Source of the DNA: Felis catus
Lineage: Eukaryota
Assembly (NCBI RefSeq): GCF_018350175.1
Contig: NC_058382.1
Location: 50,098,001-50,162,000 of the forward strand
Reading direction: 5' to 3'
DNA: 64,000 bases
Positions 1 to 12,520 of this stretch are shown here, one piece after another. How positions within the stretch are numbered: position 1 is the stretch's first letter; the number at the start of each line of letters is the position of its first letter. Below the pieces are notes generated by a model. The model searched no databases. It saw only the letters and a list, made by a program, of their open reading frames with translations, and was not told where the DNA came from. The position numbers and the translations under genes are program-made.

Positions 1-336
1 CTTTTTTATGTATTTATGAATTATATTGAAATCAACTTTACAACTATGTTCACAAATAGATATTAATCTGTAATTTACTTTTCTTGCAATGTCCTTTTTA
101 GGTTTTAATATGAAACTTTGGTTGGCCTCATTAAATAAATTAGGGCATGTTCCCTCTTTACTTTGGATTTTTGAAAATCCTTTTGCCCTGGGTATCGTAG
201 GAATTATCAAGTACCTAAAGGGAAAGGGGCCCAGAATGCCGAGTTCACTTTTCTGGGCCTTTTGTCTTTCCAGCAACTTGGCTCTTTGAGTCATGGCTGC
301 CTTAGTAACTCTCTAATACCATTGACCTGATGTTTT

Positions 337-630
337 TTCTTTTCTTTTCTTTTCTTTTCTTTTCTTTTCTTTTCTTTTCTTTTCTTTTCTTTTCTTTTCT
401 TTTCTTTTTTTTTAATGTTTATTTATTTTTGAGAGGGAGAGAGAAAGAGAGAGAGAGACAGAGTGAGAGTGGGGGAGGGGCAGAGAGAGAGTGAGACACA
501 GAGTCTGAAGCAGGATCCAGGCTCCGAGCTGTCAGCACAGAGCCTGATGCTGGGCTCAAAGCCACCAACAGCAAGATCCTGGCCTGAGCCAAAGTTGGAT
601 GGCCAATTATCTGAGCCACCCAGGTGCTCC
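337..630 (-). mobile_element. CAN-SINE (feline SINEC) with (GAAAA)n-expanded tail
   Basis: Reverse-complement SINE body (…ctgagccacccaggtgctcc), GA-rich segment, (TTTTC)n tail at ~337-410; TSD TGACCTGATGTTTT at 323-336 and 631-644. Confidence 0.95.
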
Positions 631-1301
631 TGACCTGATGTTTTCTGTATTTCATTCATCTTTTAAAGATTTTCTTGCTGAGGGGTTCATTTTGCTACAA
701 GCTGGTCCATCACAGTTGGAAGTGAAAGCCCCTTCCTCATTTTTAACCCCATCTCTTCTCTTGGTATTTTTCACAGAGGGCATATAGATCAAGGATTTTT
801 TGGCTCGTGTGTTACAAGTATTCATTAGAGACTGTTCGACTGCTGTCTGTGCTTACCTTCTCATGGTTGAGTGCTTTAGGGATGAAGAAGAATATTTACT
901 GAGACAAATGCTTCCGTCAGCCTGACAATGCTCTTTTCAAACTGGGTGCCTCTCCAAGCAAGTGCTACATGGTTCATTACCCATATGTTGCCCTACCCTC
1001 ATCTTTTAAGATTTGCTTTAGATGACGCTAGTCTGTAGAGGTTTCTGTTTTCTGGCACATGCAAGCTTTAGTTGTTTTAGAAGTTGTAGAATAGTTAAGG
1101 AACATGTTCTTGGTTTCACTAATAAAGAATGCTTGTTTTAATTTTGGTAGAATCGCTTATAAACATGTCCCGGAGGGATTTCTTTGAGTGGAGTCTGGAA
1201 AGATGTTAAATCAGGCAGCAAGGCACACACATACACACACACACACACACATCAAATAATTTTAAAAGGGGAAATCAAATTTTTAACAAATAATATTTTG
1301 C

Positions 1302-2647
1302 AGGGAGTGACATGAGCAAGATGGCAGGATAGGAGGCCCCTGTCCGTGTACCTGCCCAACAACAATAATTTGGCAGCCATATTGGACAAAAGTGCCTCTG
1401 TGGGAGCTTTGGGCTCCTGGTAGGAGACTGCGAAATGCCAGCAGTGCCCAAGACCAAAGAGGGTTGTTTCGAGAAGGCAGGCCCATGCTCAGGATTTTGA
1501 ATCACCAACTGGGGTCCCAGCTACGGCCCCAGAAACTGCCCCTTCTCTCTGGACATATGGCTATATTTCTCTTTGCTCTTGATCCTGCCACTGGCGACAC
1601 CTGCCTAGGGCCCCTGCAGGAGTCATAGTGGCCCATGCCTCAGGTGTAGACAATGATACAGAATTGAGGGCCCCGAAATAAGCCCACATATACATAGCCC
1701 GCTCATATTTGACGAGGGAGCTGAGAATACTCAATGGAGAAAGGACAGTGTCTTCAATAAATGGTGTTGGGGAAATTGGATATGCGTATGCAAAAGAATG
1801 AAACTGGACCCCCCTCCTCCATCTTACGTCACTCACAAAAATGAACTCAAAATGGATTAAGGACTCAAATGGCAGACATGAAAGCATAAAACCTCTGGAT
1901 GAAAACATAGGGAAAAAGCCCCTTGACACTGGTCTTGGCAATGTTTTTTTTGGATATGACATCAAAAGTACAAGCAACAAAAGCAAAAATCAACAAGTGG
2001 GACTGCATCAAACTACAGGGCAAACTAAAAGGCACAGCAAAGGAAACGATCAATAAAATGAAAAGGCAACTTATGGAATGTGGGAAAGTATTTGCAAGCC
2101 ATCTATCTGATAAAGGGTTAATATCCAAAATATAGGAGGAACTCATACAACTCAAAAATCAAAATAACCTGATTAGAAAATGGGCGGAAGACCAACTAGA
2201 CATTTTTCCAAAGAAGACATGACAAACAGGTATATGAATGACAGGTATGTGAAAAGGTGCTCAGCGTCACTAACGGTCAGGGGAGTGCCAAGAAAAACCA
2301 CAATGAGATATCACCTCATAGCTGTTAGGATGGCTGTTACCAAAAGACAAGAGATAACAAACATTGGTTAAGGTTGGGAGAAAAGGAGATCTTGGTGCAC
2401 CGCTGGTGGGAATGTAAATTGGTACAGCCATTATGGAAAGCCGTATAAAGGGTCTTCAAAAAACTAAATATAGAACTATCACATGATCCAGCAATCCCAC
2501 TTCTGGATATATATCCAAAGGCGATGAAATGAAATCAGTATCTCAAAGAGATATCTGTACGCTCATGTTCTTTGCATGTTGTTCATAATAGCCAAGATAT
2601 GGAAACTTGCTAAAGGTCCATCAGTGGATAAATGGATAAAGAAAATG

Positions 2648-2693
<46 letters not shown>

Positions 2694-3188
2694 GAATGTT
2701 ATTCAGCCACAAAAAGAATGAAGTCCTGATCATTTGCAATGACAGGGATGAACCTAGAGGACATTATGCTAAGTGAAATAAGATGGGCACAGAAAGACAA
2801 ATCTTGCATGGTCTCACTTAGATGTGGAATCTAAAGATGTGAACTCAGAGAACCAGAGACTAGACCCGTGGTTGCCAGAGGGGAGGATGGGTGAAATGGT
2901 TGAAGGGGATCAAGTTATAAAATAAGTAAGTCATGGGGATGTGAAGTGCGGTGCGATGCCTCTAGTCAATAATATTGAATTGCAAATTTGAAAGTTGTTG
3001 AGAAAGAAAATCTGGAAAGTTCACATCACCAGATAAACGTTTTGTAACTTCCGATGGTGACAGATGGCACCTAGACTTAGTGTGGTGATCATGTTGCAAT
3101 ATATACAAGTGTCAATCACTATGCTGTACACCTGAAACTAATATAATATTGTGTGTCAATTATACTTCAATAAAACAATAAAAAAAAG
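1302..3188 (+). mobile_element. Old LINE-1 (L1MA/L1_Carn-like): 5'UTR start joined to ORF2 3' part and 3'UTR
   Basis: Begins gggagtgacatgagcaagatggc (L1 5'-end motif); from ~1650 degraded ORF2 C-terminal sequence (ATKAKINKWDCIKL, KGLISKI, HFSKED); 3'UTR ends aataaaacaataaaaaaaa; internal (CA)n at ~2649-2691. Confidence 0.85.
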
Positions 3189-3345
3189 AGAACCTGCTGC
3201 TGAGAGTGTAGTTGATTGGCATCACCAGCTGCCACCAGTTTGGTTTCTCCCCTGCATTCATGCTGAGATCGTGCTTCTCCTGGGCTGCTTTCAGTCAAGA
3301 CTGAGCATGGTATGGGCTATGTGTATGGGCTTAACACAAGAGTCC

Positions 3346-3577
3346 TTTAAATTTGTTTTTAATGTTTATTTATTTTTGAGAGACAGAGAGAGACAGAATG
3401 CAAGCGGCAGGGAGGGGCAGACAGAAAGGGAAACAGAATCCGAAGCAGGCTCCAGGGCTCAGAGCTGTCGGCACAGAGCCCTGACGCTACGCCTGCGGGG
3501 CTTGAACTCACGAACCATGAGGTCATGACCTGAGCCAAAGTAGGACACTCAACTGACTGAGCCACCCAGGAGCCGCT
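3346..3577 (-). mobile_element. CAN-SINE
   Basis: Typical reverse-complement body; TSD ACACAAGAGTCC at 3334-3345 and 3578-3589. Confidence 0.95.
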
Positions 3578-3659
3578 ACACAAGAGTCCGTTAACGAGTA
3601 ACTTTTAATCAGGTCATGCTCCATTCGCCTGGTTGAAATGTTCTCAAAACTCTGGTACA

Positions 3660-3850
3660 GGGGCACCTGAGTGGCTCTTGGGCTCAGGTTGTGATCTCGC
3701 GGTTCATGAGCCTGAGCCCTGCATCCGGCTCTCTGCTGTCAGTGCAGAGCCAGCTTTGGATCCGTGGTCTCCCCTCTCTCTGCCCCTCTCCTGTTCACGC
3801 TCATTCTCTCTCTCACAAAAACAAATAAACTTAAAAATATATTTTTTAAG
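3660..3850 (+). mobile_element. CAN-SINE (internally deleted head)
   Basis: ggggcacctgagtggctc… head, CT-rich segment, aataaa and A-rich tail. Confidence 0.9.
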
Positions 3851-4691
3851 AAAACTGTGCTGTAGGTGAAGTCTCTTCCCATCCCTTCCTCCTCTCTTTT
3901 CTTTCGCAGGTGTCATTCTGCACCACCGTCTGAAAGCACTCCCTACCTTTTTCTGCTCCGTCCCTCTTTATCCATCACAGGTTTGTCCCTCGTGCCTAAC
4001 CCCGACTTGGCTTCTCCTTCTGGGAAGACTAGTTGACAAAGGCATACACTGAAAAGATTGGTTGAGGATGTCCCTACACTCCCTTGGCTTGCACTGGGTC
4101 TTTGGTTTTTCCATTTCAATAAAAGTATCAAAGCAACAGGCTGTACAACTTAAACTTACACAACGTTACACATCAAATTAAAAAAAAGACAATCCAGATT
4201 AAATATAAATCTTATGCCATTACCTGATTTAGGTGGTTCTAAATTCCGTGGAATGTGACTATACAGTCCCTGATGTAATAAAATGAAAACAAAACCAAAA
4301 ACAAAAGAAGAAGGTAGTAAGGAAGTTAAATAAGCAAAGTGTGAATTATCATGCCACGTTCTCAAAGAAGGTCTGATTCTTGATGTACCTTGATGTACCT
4401 GGCTAGCCAAGGTGCACTGAAACTTGGCTTTGGATTTATGCATACAGTTAATTATTATTGTGGTGCTGCAAGTATTTGGAATTTGTTGCTTTCTGATCGG
4501 GTAGTATTTTTTCTTGGGGCACAAAGGTCCATCTTGAATGATCTGGTACCTACAAGTTTCATATTTAATTCCTCAGTAGAGAAGGTATATAATAAAATAG
4601 TTCGGATAAATATTTCAGGTATCTATTTCTAGAATGAGGGTTGCTACTAGTTTTCAGTTTATTGTAGGAATGTACTTTTCTCAAAATGTTC

Positions 4692-4864
4692 TTTGTTTAT
4701 TTTGAGAGAGAGAGCGTGTGTGCATGAGCGGGGGAGGGGCAGAGAGAGAGAGCTCTGTCAGCACAGAGCCATATGTGGGGCTCGATCTCAGGAACCACGA
4801 GATCATGACCTGAGCTGAAATCAAGAGTTGGACACTTAACTGACTGAGCTACCCAGAAACCCCA
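4692..4864 (-). mobile_element. CAN-SINE (internal deletion)
   Basis: tttattttgagagagag…gagatcatgacctgagctgaaatcaagag…ctgagctacccag. Confidence 0.9.
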
Positions 4865-5506
4865 GTAATATACTTTAGACTCTTGTTCATCCCTATCCAA
4901 ATTATTTCCCCCCTTTCAAGGTGGGCCAACTCTTATTGGTGGCGGGTAAGGGACAGACGGAGTGGTTTGTGCTGCTGCCTGCCTAACAACCCAAGCCAAT
5001 GTGGGAAAGCTTCCTGGAGAGTGAGCTCCACTCCTACTCAAAGTTCATATTCCACGCTCCCCCCCCGCCAACTGTTACATATAACAGTGGTGGCCAATAG
5101 GAACGGCATGAGACAACCTACTTTAATATACCCTGACTTATTTAGAGTGGTTACCAAGTCTGAGACAAACTCGGGTTCTTTGCCCAAACACATTCTCTTC
5201 CTCCTGGAGCCAAAATATTCCCCATATGGTTCCACTGACTTTGCTCTACACAAATACACTCTAAACCTCAGCCCTTCTCTTCCTTCTTTTTTGAGTCTCA
5301 AGATCGCCAGACCACATGTTCTCTTCCTGTTTTTCATGTCCGCATCTCCATGATGTAGACTGAGCCACGTCTGTTTCTACCATTCAATATGTTTTCTTTC
5401 CACAAAGCAACTAATCATACCAAACATGTCTAACTGTGTATGAATAAGTACAGAGATTTTGTTAATGTACATTTTCTATGAGTATATTTCTTAATATAGT
5501 TTTTAG

Positions 5507-5706
5507 TTTAATAAAATAAATTTCAGTACTGATCTTATCAGGATATTCAAATTTAGCTTTGTTTTTCCTCTTATCATGAGCACTAAGTATATACAGAATC
5601 TGTGATTGATATTAATCTGCATATACTTAGTGTTCATGATCAGAGGAAAAACAAAGCTAAATTTGAATACCCTGAAAAGATCAATAGGGAAATTTATTTT
5701 GTTAAA
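5507..5706. repeat. Long inverted repeat: 91-bp arms, 18-bp loop
   Basis: 5507-5597 matches the reverse complement of 5616-5706 without gaps, 9 mismatches by hand alignment. Confidence 0.95.
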
Positions 5707-5937
5707 ATGAAAGTAGTCTCATATACCCTCAAATTCTCAATACTTCCTTTGGGATAAGAATAAAACATATTTCCTTTTAATATTTTGGTGTTCATGCAAG
5801 TAAATACAGACAAGAACAACCCAAACCTGGTGCAAAAGCCACACATTTTGAATTGAAGGACAAAAAAGAAAACACATGACATTTATATAAACAACAGTAA
5901 GAAATTGTAGTTTCCAACACTTTGGTCAATATGGTGG

Positions 5938-6158
5938 TTTATTTATTTATTTATAAATGTTTATTTTTGAGAGAGAGAGAGAGCGAGCGAGCATGAGCGG
6001 GGAGGAGCAGAGAGATACAGAGACACAGAATCTGAAGTAGGCTCCAGGCTCTGAGCTGTCAACACAGACCCTGATGTGGGGCTCGAACTCACGAACCACG
6101 GAATCATGACATGAGCTAAAGTTGTGTGTTTAACTGACCGAGCCACACAGTCGCCCCT
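5938..6158 (-). mobile_element. CAN-SINE
   Basis: Full reverse-complement body ending …gagccacacagtcgcccc. Confidence 0.95.
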
Positions 6159-6167
6159 GGAAGGTGA

Positions 6168-6280
6168 TTTTTTTTAGAGTTTTATTTATTTAAGTAATCT
6201 CCACAACCAACATGGGGCTGGAACTCACCACCTGGACGTCAAGAGTCTCATGCTCCCCTAACTGAGCCAGCCAGGTGCCC
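6168..6280 (-). mobile_element. Short tRNA-Lys-derived CAN-SINE without CT tract
   Basis: taagtaatctccacaaccaacatggggctggaactc…caagagtctcatgctc…gagccagccaggtgcccc with poly-T. Confidence 0.9.
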
Positions 6281-6292
6281 CAGAAGGTAATC

Positions 6293-6505
6293 TTTTTTTT
6301 TTAATTTAACTTAATTTTTACTTTAGAGAGAAGAAGAGAGAGCAAGAGCAGGGGAAAGGGACAGAGGAAGAAAGAGAGAAAATCTTAAACAGGCTCCACA
6401 GTCAGTGTAGAGCCTGATGTGGGGCTCAACCCCACAATCCTAGGATCATGACCTGAGCTGAAATCAAGAGTTGGATGCCAAACCTACTGAACCACCCAGG
6501 CACGC
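6293..6505 (-). mobile_element. CAN-SINE (older subfamily)
   Basis: …aatcttaaacaggctccacagtcagtgtagagcc…gatcatgacctgagctgaaatcaagag. Confidence 0.9.
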
Positions 6506-6998
6506 ACAGGTGATTTTTAAAACAGGTGAGAGTTAGGATGGTTGGAATTAAAGCGGGAGCACAAACCTAATGCCATGTGTAAAAAGTCTCAGTTACCAAG
6601 AAAGGTCAAGATACCTGTGTCATCACCATCAGTCCAGACATTGTCCAAGTGAGAGTCTCACGGGCATGGCTAACACCAAGTACCCCTATATTATTCTTCA
6701 GTGATAGAAATCAGGGCTCCTTCAAAGGGAATGTGTTTTAAACCTTGGGATGGAAGGAAACATCATAACCCAGATGGTATTTTTGTTTTCATAATGTTAG
6801 TAGAATTTCAAAAATATTGTGGTATTGAAAAGAAAATAGGAGCAGAGTTTGGAATTATCCTAATAACCCAGTAGTGATAAGTTGCACGTGAAAAGTAATG
6901 ATCACAGTCAATTAGAACATGATATGTCCATAAAAAAATCCATGAGTATATGGCCACACAGAAACAGGACAAACTGTAATAATATGCATGCAAATTTT

Positions 6999-7201
6999 GG
7001 GGCACCTGGGTAGCGCAGTTGGTTGTGTCCAACTTTGGCTCAGGTCCTGATCTCATGGTTAGTGAGTTCGAGCCCACATAGGGCTCTGTGCTGACAGCTC
7101 AGCACACGAAGCCTGCTTCAGATTCTGGGTCTCCCTCTCTCTCTGCCCCTCCCTTGCTCATGCTCTCTCTCTCTTTCAAAAAAATAAATAAACATTAAAA
7201 A
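6999..7201 (+). mobile_element. CAN-SINE
   Basis: ggggcacctgggtagcgcag head, CT tract, A tail; TSD AATATGCA(T/C)GCAAATTT at 6981-6997 and 7202-7218. Confidence 0.95.
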
Positions 7202-9614
7202 AATATGCACGCAAATTTCTAGTGCTGTCTAGTGCCGTATATTGAGCAAATAAACTTTGTATGTCCTATAATTACATTTGGTTAGCATCATATTAACTGC
7301 TACGATATTGGATGTTGACAGGGATGATATTTGAAAATACATTTTTAAGAAGAAACGTAAGGAGTATTACTTTTATAAGGGGGTTGGTGACAAATATTAA
7401 TCGTGAGAAGAATATTCAAGAAACAGGCGAAGAAGTAATGTGTTGGAAGAAAAGCATCTTTTGTTAAAATGGGAAAAATGATAAGGTTAAGTTAAATACA
7501 TGGAAGCAAGATTTTTAATCCGTGGTCTGTGTATTTGGAAATGTGTTGCATATTAACTATTGTTAATAGAAATCAGTACCAATTAGGAAAAAAATGTGTA
7601 TACTCACAATATATTCCCACGTTGGGAGGAATTTGTCCCAGTGGACAAAGAATTAAATTTTGTGGTTACAGAATTTGAGAGGGAGATAAAGAGACATTGC
7701 GAACCGAAATGTCAGTATCTGAAGAGAGGTGTGATATTGTGCTTGTTATCAGCTTAGTGTATCAAACTTCCTTGGGTCAGGGTGGTGGCTTCATCATGGG
7801 TACAAGCCCTTTCACTGGGGCTTTCCTTGAAAACTGGCTGAGTTCTCAAGCCAAACCTTCCCATTTTAGGTTCTGAGATGTACACAATTTCTGCAGTAAC
7901 TTACTTTCTTCGATGGCAAGATCTTTTTCAATTTTGGATATTTAGTACGCTTGGTAAATGTTTATGAATTGTGTCGTTCGGCTCCATATTTTTTCTCCTC
8001 TCCGTATGGTTCATCTTGACCAGCGTTTGCAGACAGATGAGAGGCAAGCCTTGTACAGTTTGCCACGCACCCAGCCCTTCCTTAGTGTCTTCCAGATGGC
8101 CACTTACATTACCTGTCTGGGATGTGACGACATTTTAGTTTTCTTTTTCTGATCTCAGCCAGAGGTGCCAACGTAAACATGAATGGGAACTGGCTTTGGT
8201 CATTCACTGGATCAACAATGTTTATGGAATGCTAACACGTGCCAGGTTCAATGTAGATACCATGGTCTGGAGTCTGGAATAGACATATATGGAACAGTTT
8301 TGATTAGACAAAAAGAAACTAACCCACAAGTGGGTTATGCCTGGCATAGTTCCTGAGCTATTTTTCTTTGTTATGATGCTGATGCAAACGATCCAAAATT
8401 TTATGTAGTATTTGGTGCGTATTTTATGAGGATTAAATTTATGTTATGTCACCAATTACATCCCAACTTGAAGATTCAGGTTTTCTGAATATCTGTACAG
8501 TCCCTCCCTCCAAGTCCAGAGACTTCATTAGGAAGAAGTTCAATGGCATAGAGGAAAGGACTCTGGGTAATAGGATAGGTATGTCCTCGTCTTGGCATTG
8601 CGCCTGGAAAAGTGGCATCAGTCTTGTGTCTATTTCTTAATCTGGAAAATGAGGCAACTGGATTACACGTGCATTTCTCAAGGTGTGTATGTCCTAAGAA
8701 CTGTCTTCCTCACTCTTCTTCTGGAGTCCAGAAAGTCATAAAAAGCTGCATACTCTATTGGGGTATTCAAACTATAACTACATTTTAGCAACCACGAAGC
8801 TCAACACATGACAGCAATAACTGGCAATGCAACGTGTGTGTCCCCCAAATTTTTGAACTACAAACCCTGTTCTGAGCAATCTATCTACACTGCATGGGCC
8901 ACCTGGACGACTGGATATCCCCAGAAAGGCCCGGCTTTAGTGAAATGCAACAATGGCTCATATTTCAGGAGGTTGAGCTAATTTGGATCAAACTTTGCAA
9001 ACAGTGGGAAAACCTGCAATGTTCAGAGCGCACAGTGAGTGCACGGAGGCTAATGAGCTGCCTTCTGACTCATTCATGACAGGGTCAACACCCCCACAGC
9101 ATCTTCTTTGTTGGGAAGGCTGCACCGATATACGCATACTCTGCCCTTCCAATTTCCTCTTGATTCTCTGATTTGATGAGGGTATTGTCATGGAAGGTTT
9201 GTGTTATGGTGTATTCTCACAGCATTTTAAGTTTTCTTGGGGAGTCGTGGCTTCTATTTTTGCTTCTCAACTCCTTCTCTCCTTTGGCTCTGCTAAATGC
9301 CTAGGCGGGGCCTCCAAAATTGATTATGTCCCTTTTATTCCTATTATTCTGATTCTAGTCTGGGATATATTCTCAATTCACATTTATGTCACCCAAGAGT
9401 TTAAAAAACCGAGATCCTAATTTATTTTATAGTTGAAATCCTTCTCTCCTTAAGTCTGTTCAAATGGCTTTAGGCAGAAACTCATCTGCTTTTGAAGTCA
9501 TTGATGTGGCTTCTAGGAAACAGGGCTGCTGCGATTGATGTCTTGGTCCTAAAATACCCAATCTTCTCAGAACATGGTAGACAGACGCGAGAAGGCGTGA
9601 GTGCCCGGATACAA

Positions 9615-9995
9615 TGCTATGAGCTGAATTACATCCCCCCAGATTCATGTGCTTAAGTCCCAACCCCCAGAACCTCAGAATGGGACTGTATTTGGAGATA
9701 GGGTCTTTAAAGAGGTGGTTAAGTTAAAATGAGGTCATTAGGGTAGGTCCTAATCCAATATGTCTGGTGTCCTTATAAGAAGAGGAAATTAGGAAACAGG
9801 CGTGCGTGGAGCGAAGGCCATGTGAAGACACAGGGCGAGGTGGCCAGCTTCAAGCCAAGGAGAAAGGCCTCAGAAGAAGCCACCACTACCTAGATCTTGG
9901 ACTTCCAGCCCCCAGGATTGTGAGAAAGTAAATGTCTGCTGTTTAAGCCACCCAGTCACTGGTATTCATTATGGTAGCCCATGCAAATGACAACA
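9615..9995 (+). mobile_element. MaLR solo LTR (MLT1A/B-like)
   Basis: TG…CA ends; gtatttggagatagggtctttaaagagg, ggtgtccttataagaagagg, ttggacttccagcc motifs; near 5-bp TSD TACAA/TACAG. Confidence 0.9.
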
Positions 9996-11076
9996 TACAG
10001 GTGTCCGTGGACGCAGAATCCCACCACCTTCCTGCACGCAGATGCGCCATCACCCTGTAATTGTGATTCTTTTGGCCAAGGAAGAGTTCACCTAGCTTCT
10101 CAACTCCTACGTTGATGTGATCATGTTGGCAGTATCTTTCTCATGATTTCTGGAAGAATGATCCATGGATAAGCATCTTCATCAAGAAATAGCATCCAAA
10201 TACACGGGTGTTTATTTTCACAGAAAGCCATCTCTTGCCCACAAGCAGTTCTCATCACTTTCCTGACAAAGGAATATTATAGAAACAAAGTTGAAAAACA
10301 CTTTGTCGTGTGAGGCAGCTTTGGTTCAGCTGCAGAGCTAAACTCTCACCTCAGAACTAAATTGGAATTGGCTGTGAATGATTACAAATGAAAATCTGTC
10401 ACCGCTGAAGGGTCTCATCTGCAACACGAGGTAAGAACAGGTATTTTTTCATATTACTGTCTTCTAGCAGGTGGTTTATGTACCTGGGCTCCTGAATGCT
10501 TTCCTGGGCCTTGTTAAATTGATTGCTTTTCTGGACTCCATGGGAGAAAAATCACTTGAAGAAGCTCTGAGCAGCGCAGTGACAGGTTCCTGGATATACT
10601 CTTGCCTTTTTTCTAACCCCTTTGAATTTGCTCAGCAGATTAAAAAAAGACACCACCATTCTCCCATTTGTCTAAACATATTCAGTCTCTTAAATTAACT
10701 TCAGTCATATATTTGTTTCAAAATCTGGTTGAGTTTAAACTGCCATTAAACCTTTAATCAAATTCTTTTCTCTTGATTTAGTGTTACAAAGTACTTATTC
10801 TGGCATATAGGAATTATAGATGTAATTGTAGCTTTCTCTAGATCTCAGTCATTAGCTCCACCCTAAGTTTTATTCCTATATCCATCCAGGAACAAAGAGA
10901 ATGCAAAACATAACATGATATCAGAACTACAAAGGAAAACAAAATGCATATTGAAAGGTGAAAGTATCTTCCAGAGCTGCTCGAGACCTCCTAGCAAGCC
11001 CAGGAAGAAAGAGAACACGTTTGCAAAGAGAATATTGTAAGTAAAAAAAAAAAAAAGAAAAGAAAAGAAAAAGAGA

Positions 11077-11265
11077 TACTTATTAATTGTATGACCTTAG
11101 GCAAATTAAGTAATTACTCTGTGGCTCAGTTTCCTCATAAGTCAAACGCGGATGATAGAAGTAGTTTCTTTATATAGGCATGTGATGAGGATTGAATCAA
11201 ATATGCCAGTACTAGTAAAGCATTTAGGACAGTGGCTGGCACTAAGTAAGCACTATCTAACTGTT
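11077..11265 (+). mobile_element. MIR SINE
   Basis: tgaccttaggcaa…ctcagtttcctcat…gtgatgaggatt…ggcactaagtaagcact core. Confidence 0.8.
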
Positions 11266-11332
11266 TTAAAAATAAAAAAAATAAAGTACATGCTAAGGAA
11301 ATTTCTCTAGGAATGTAAAATTTTATCCAGTG

Positions 11333-11563
11333 TCTTTTTTTTTGTTAAAACAATTTTTTAAAATGTTTTGTTTATTTTTGCGCGAGAGAGACCCAGCACA
11401 AGCAGGGGAGGGGCAGAGAGAGAGAGGCAGACATAGAATCCGAAGCAGGCTCCAGGCTCTGACCTGTCAGCACAGAGCTCAATGTGGGGCTCGAACTCAC
11501 AAATTCAGGATCATGACCTGAGCTGAAGTCAGATGCTTAACTGACTGAGCCGCCCAGGCGCCC
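11333..11563 (-). mobile_element. CAN-SINE
   Basis: Full reverse-complement body ending gagccgcccaggcgcccc. Confidence 0.95.
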
Positions 11564-11586
11564 CTCCAGTACCTAATTAAAAAAAT

Positions 11587-11795
11587 ATTTTTTTAGTGTT
11601 TATTGATTTTGGAGACAGAGAGAGACAGAGCATGAGGGGGAAGGTCAGAGAGAGAGGGAGACCCGGAATCTGAAGCAGACTCCAGGCTCTGAGCTGTCAG
11701 CACAGAGCCCAACCCAGGGCTCGAACTCACAGACCGCGAGATCATGACCTGAGCCGAAGTCGGAAGCTCAACCGGCTGAGCCACCCAGGCGCTCT
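11587..11795 (-). mobile_element. CAN-SINE
   Basis: Full body; flanked by CCA(G/A)TACCTAATT direct repeat. Confidence 0.95.
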
Positions 11796-12189
11796 GGCCA
11801 ATACCTAATTTTAAAGGCTAATTCTCATTGGGAGCTTCACTCTCAGTAGGACAGTGAGAGGCAAGAGACTTCTCTATTGCAAACACATATATGGGATTCA
11901 CGGAATGTTTTCTCGACTCATCCTTCAGCAAGCACCGAGGCCAACACAGTACGTTCCAAACCTGCAATGTTCTGATGATCAGGCTTTTGATTCTAGATTT
12001 AAAAGAAATGGGTGGACTCATTTCCTTAAAAAAAAAAAACACCCTACATAAATATCACTTCTTTTGTCTAGGTATTTTATAAATTGTGCAGTAGAAGCGT
12101 GGGGTGACAGTGTCTGTTAGGGCTTCTCATGACCATACTGCATCCTGCTGGTAGCATCCGGCAGGGACTCAGTGTGTCCCTGAGCTTTC

Positions 12190-12520
12190 ATACCAGCTTT
12201 CCTACTATGGCTATACCCCTGGCTGCCTGGTGACCTTGGGCAAGATACTTCTTTGGATCCCTGGTTTCCATCTGAACCTCTGCCATCTCAAAAAAGTGCT
12301 TTGAGAATGAAGGAGATGATGTAAGTGTAGCATCAACTCCATAAGTGCTTACGTAGTCAGGACTAATGACAAGGGGAGACTCTGATTTTTGCTAATTTGG
12401 TGACCGTGTTGGGCCTCAGTCTCCCTATCTGTGATGGGGTTAGTAATGGCTCCTTTCCTATAAGGCTGCAAGGATTATACACAGGCGTGGACCACAGTGA
12501 TTAACATAGATTACCTGTTG
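12190..12520 (+). mobile_element. Two degraded MIR fragments
   Basis: tgaccttgggcaagatactt and gcctcagtctccctatctgt cores. Confidence 0.55.

Larger units (their letters stand above)
3200..4040 (+). mobile_element. Probable old ERVL LTR (LTR33/LTR16-like) interrupted by two SINEs
   Basis: Terminal segment tttatccatcacagg…cctaaccccgacttggcttctccttctgggaagactagttgaca resembles ERVL LTR 3' ends; recognition only. Confidence 0.4.

Noticed and set aside
419..659. Recurrent short ORFs with AQVMIS…GSVLTAQSLEPASDSVS
   Set aside because: Conceptual translations of CAN-SINEs, repeated at every SINE; not a gene family
4883..5353. 156-aa ORF
   Set aside because: Non-ATG start in the sequence, no recognisable domain or splice context
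6168..6280. tRNA-Lys-like sequences (also 32381, 57338, 60536)
   Set aside because: They have the SINE-type 5' extension, A-rich tails, flanking repeats and degenerate stems: short CAN-SINEs, not tRNA genes
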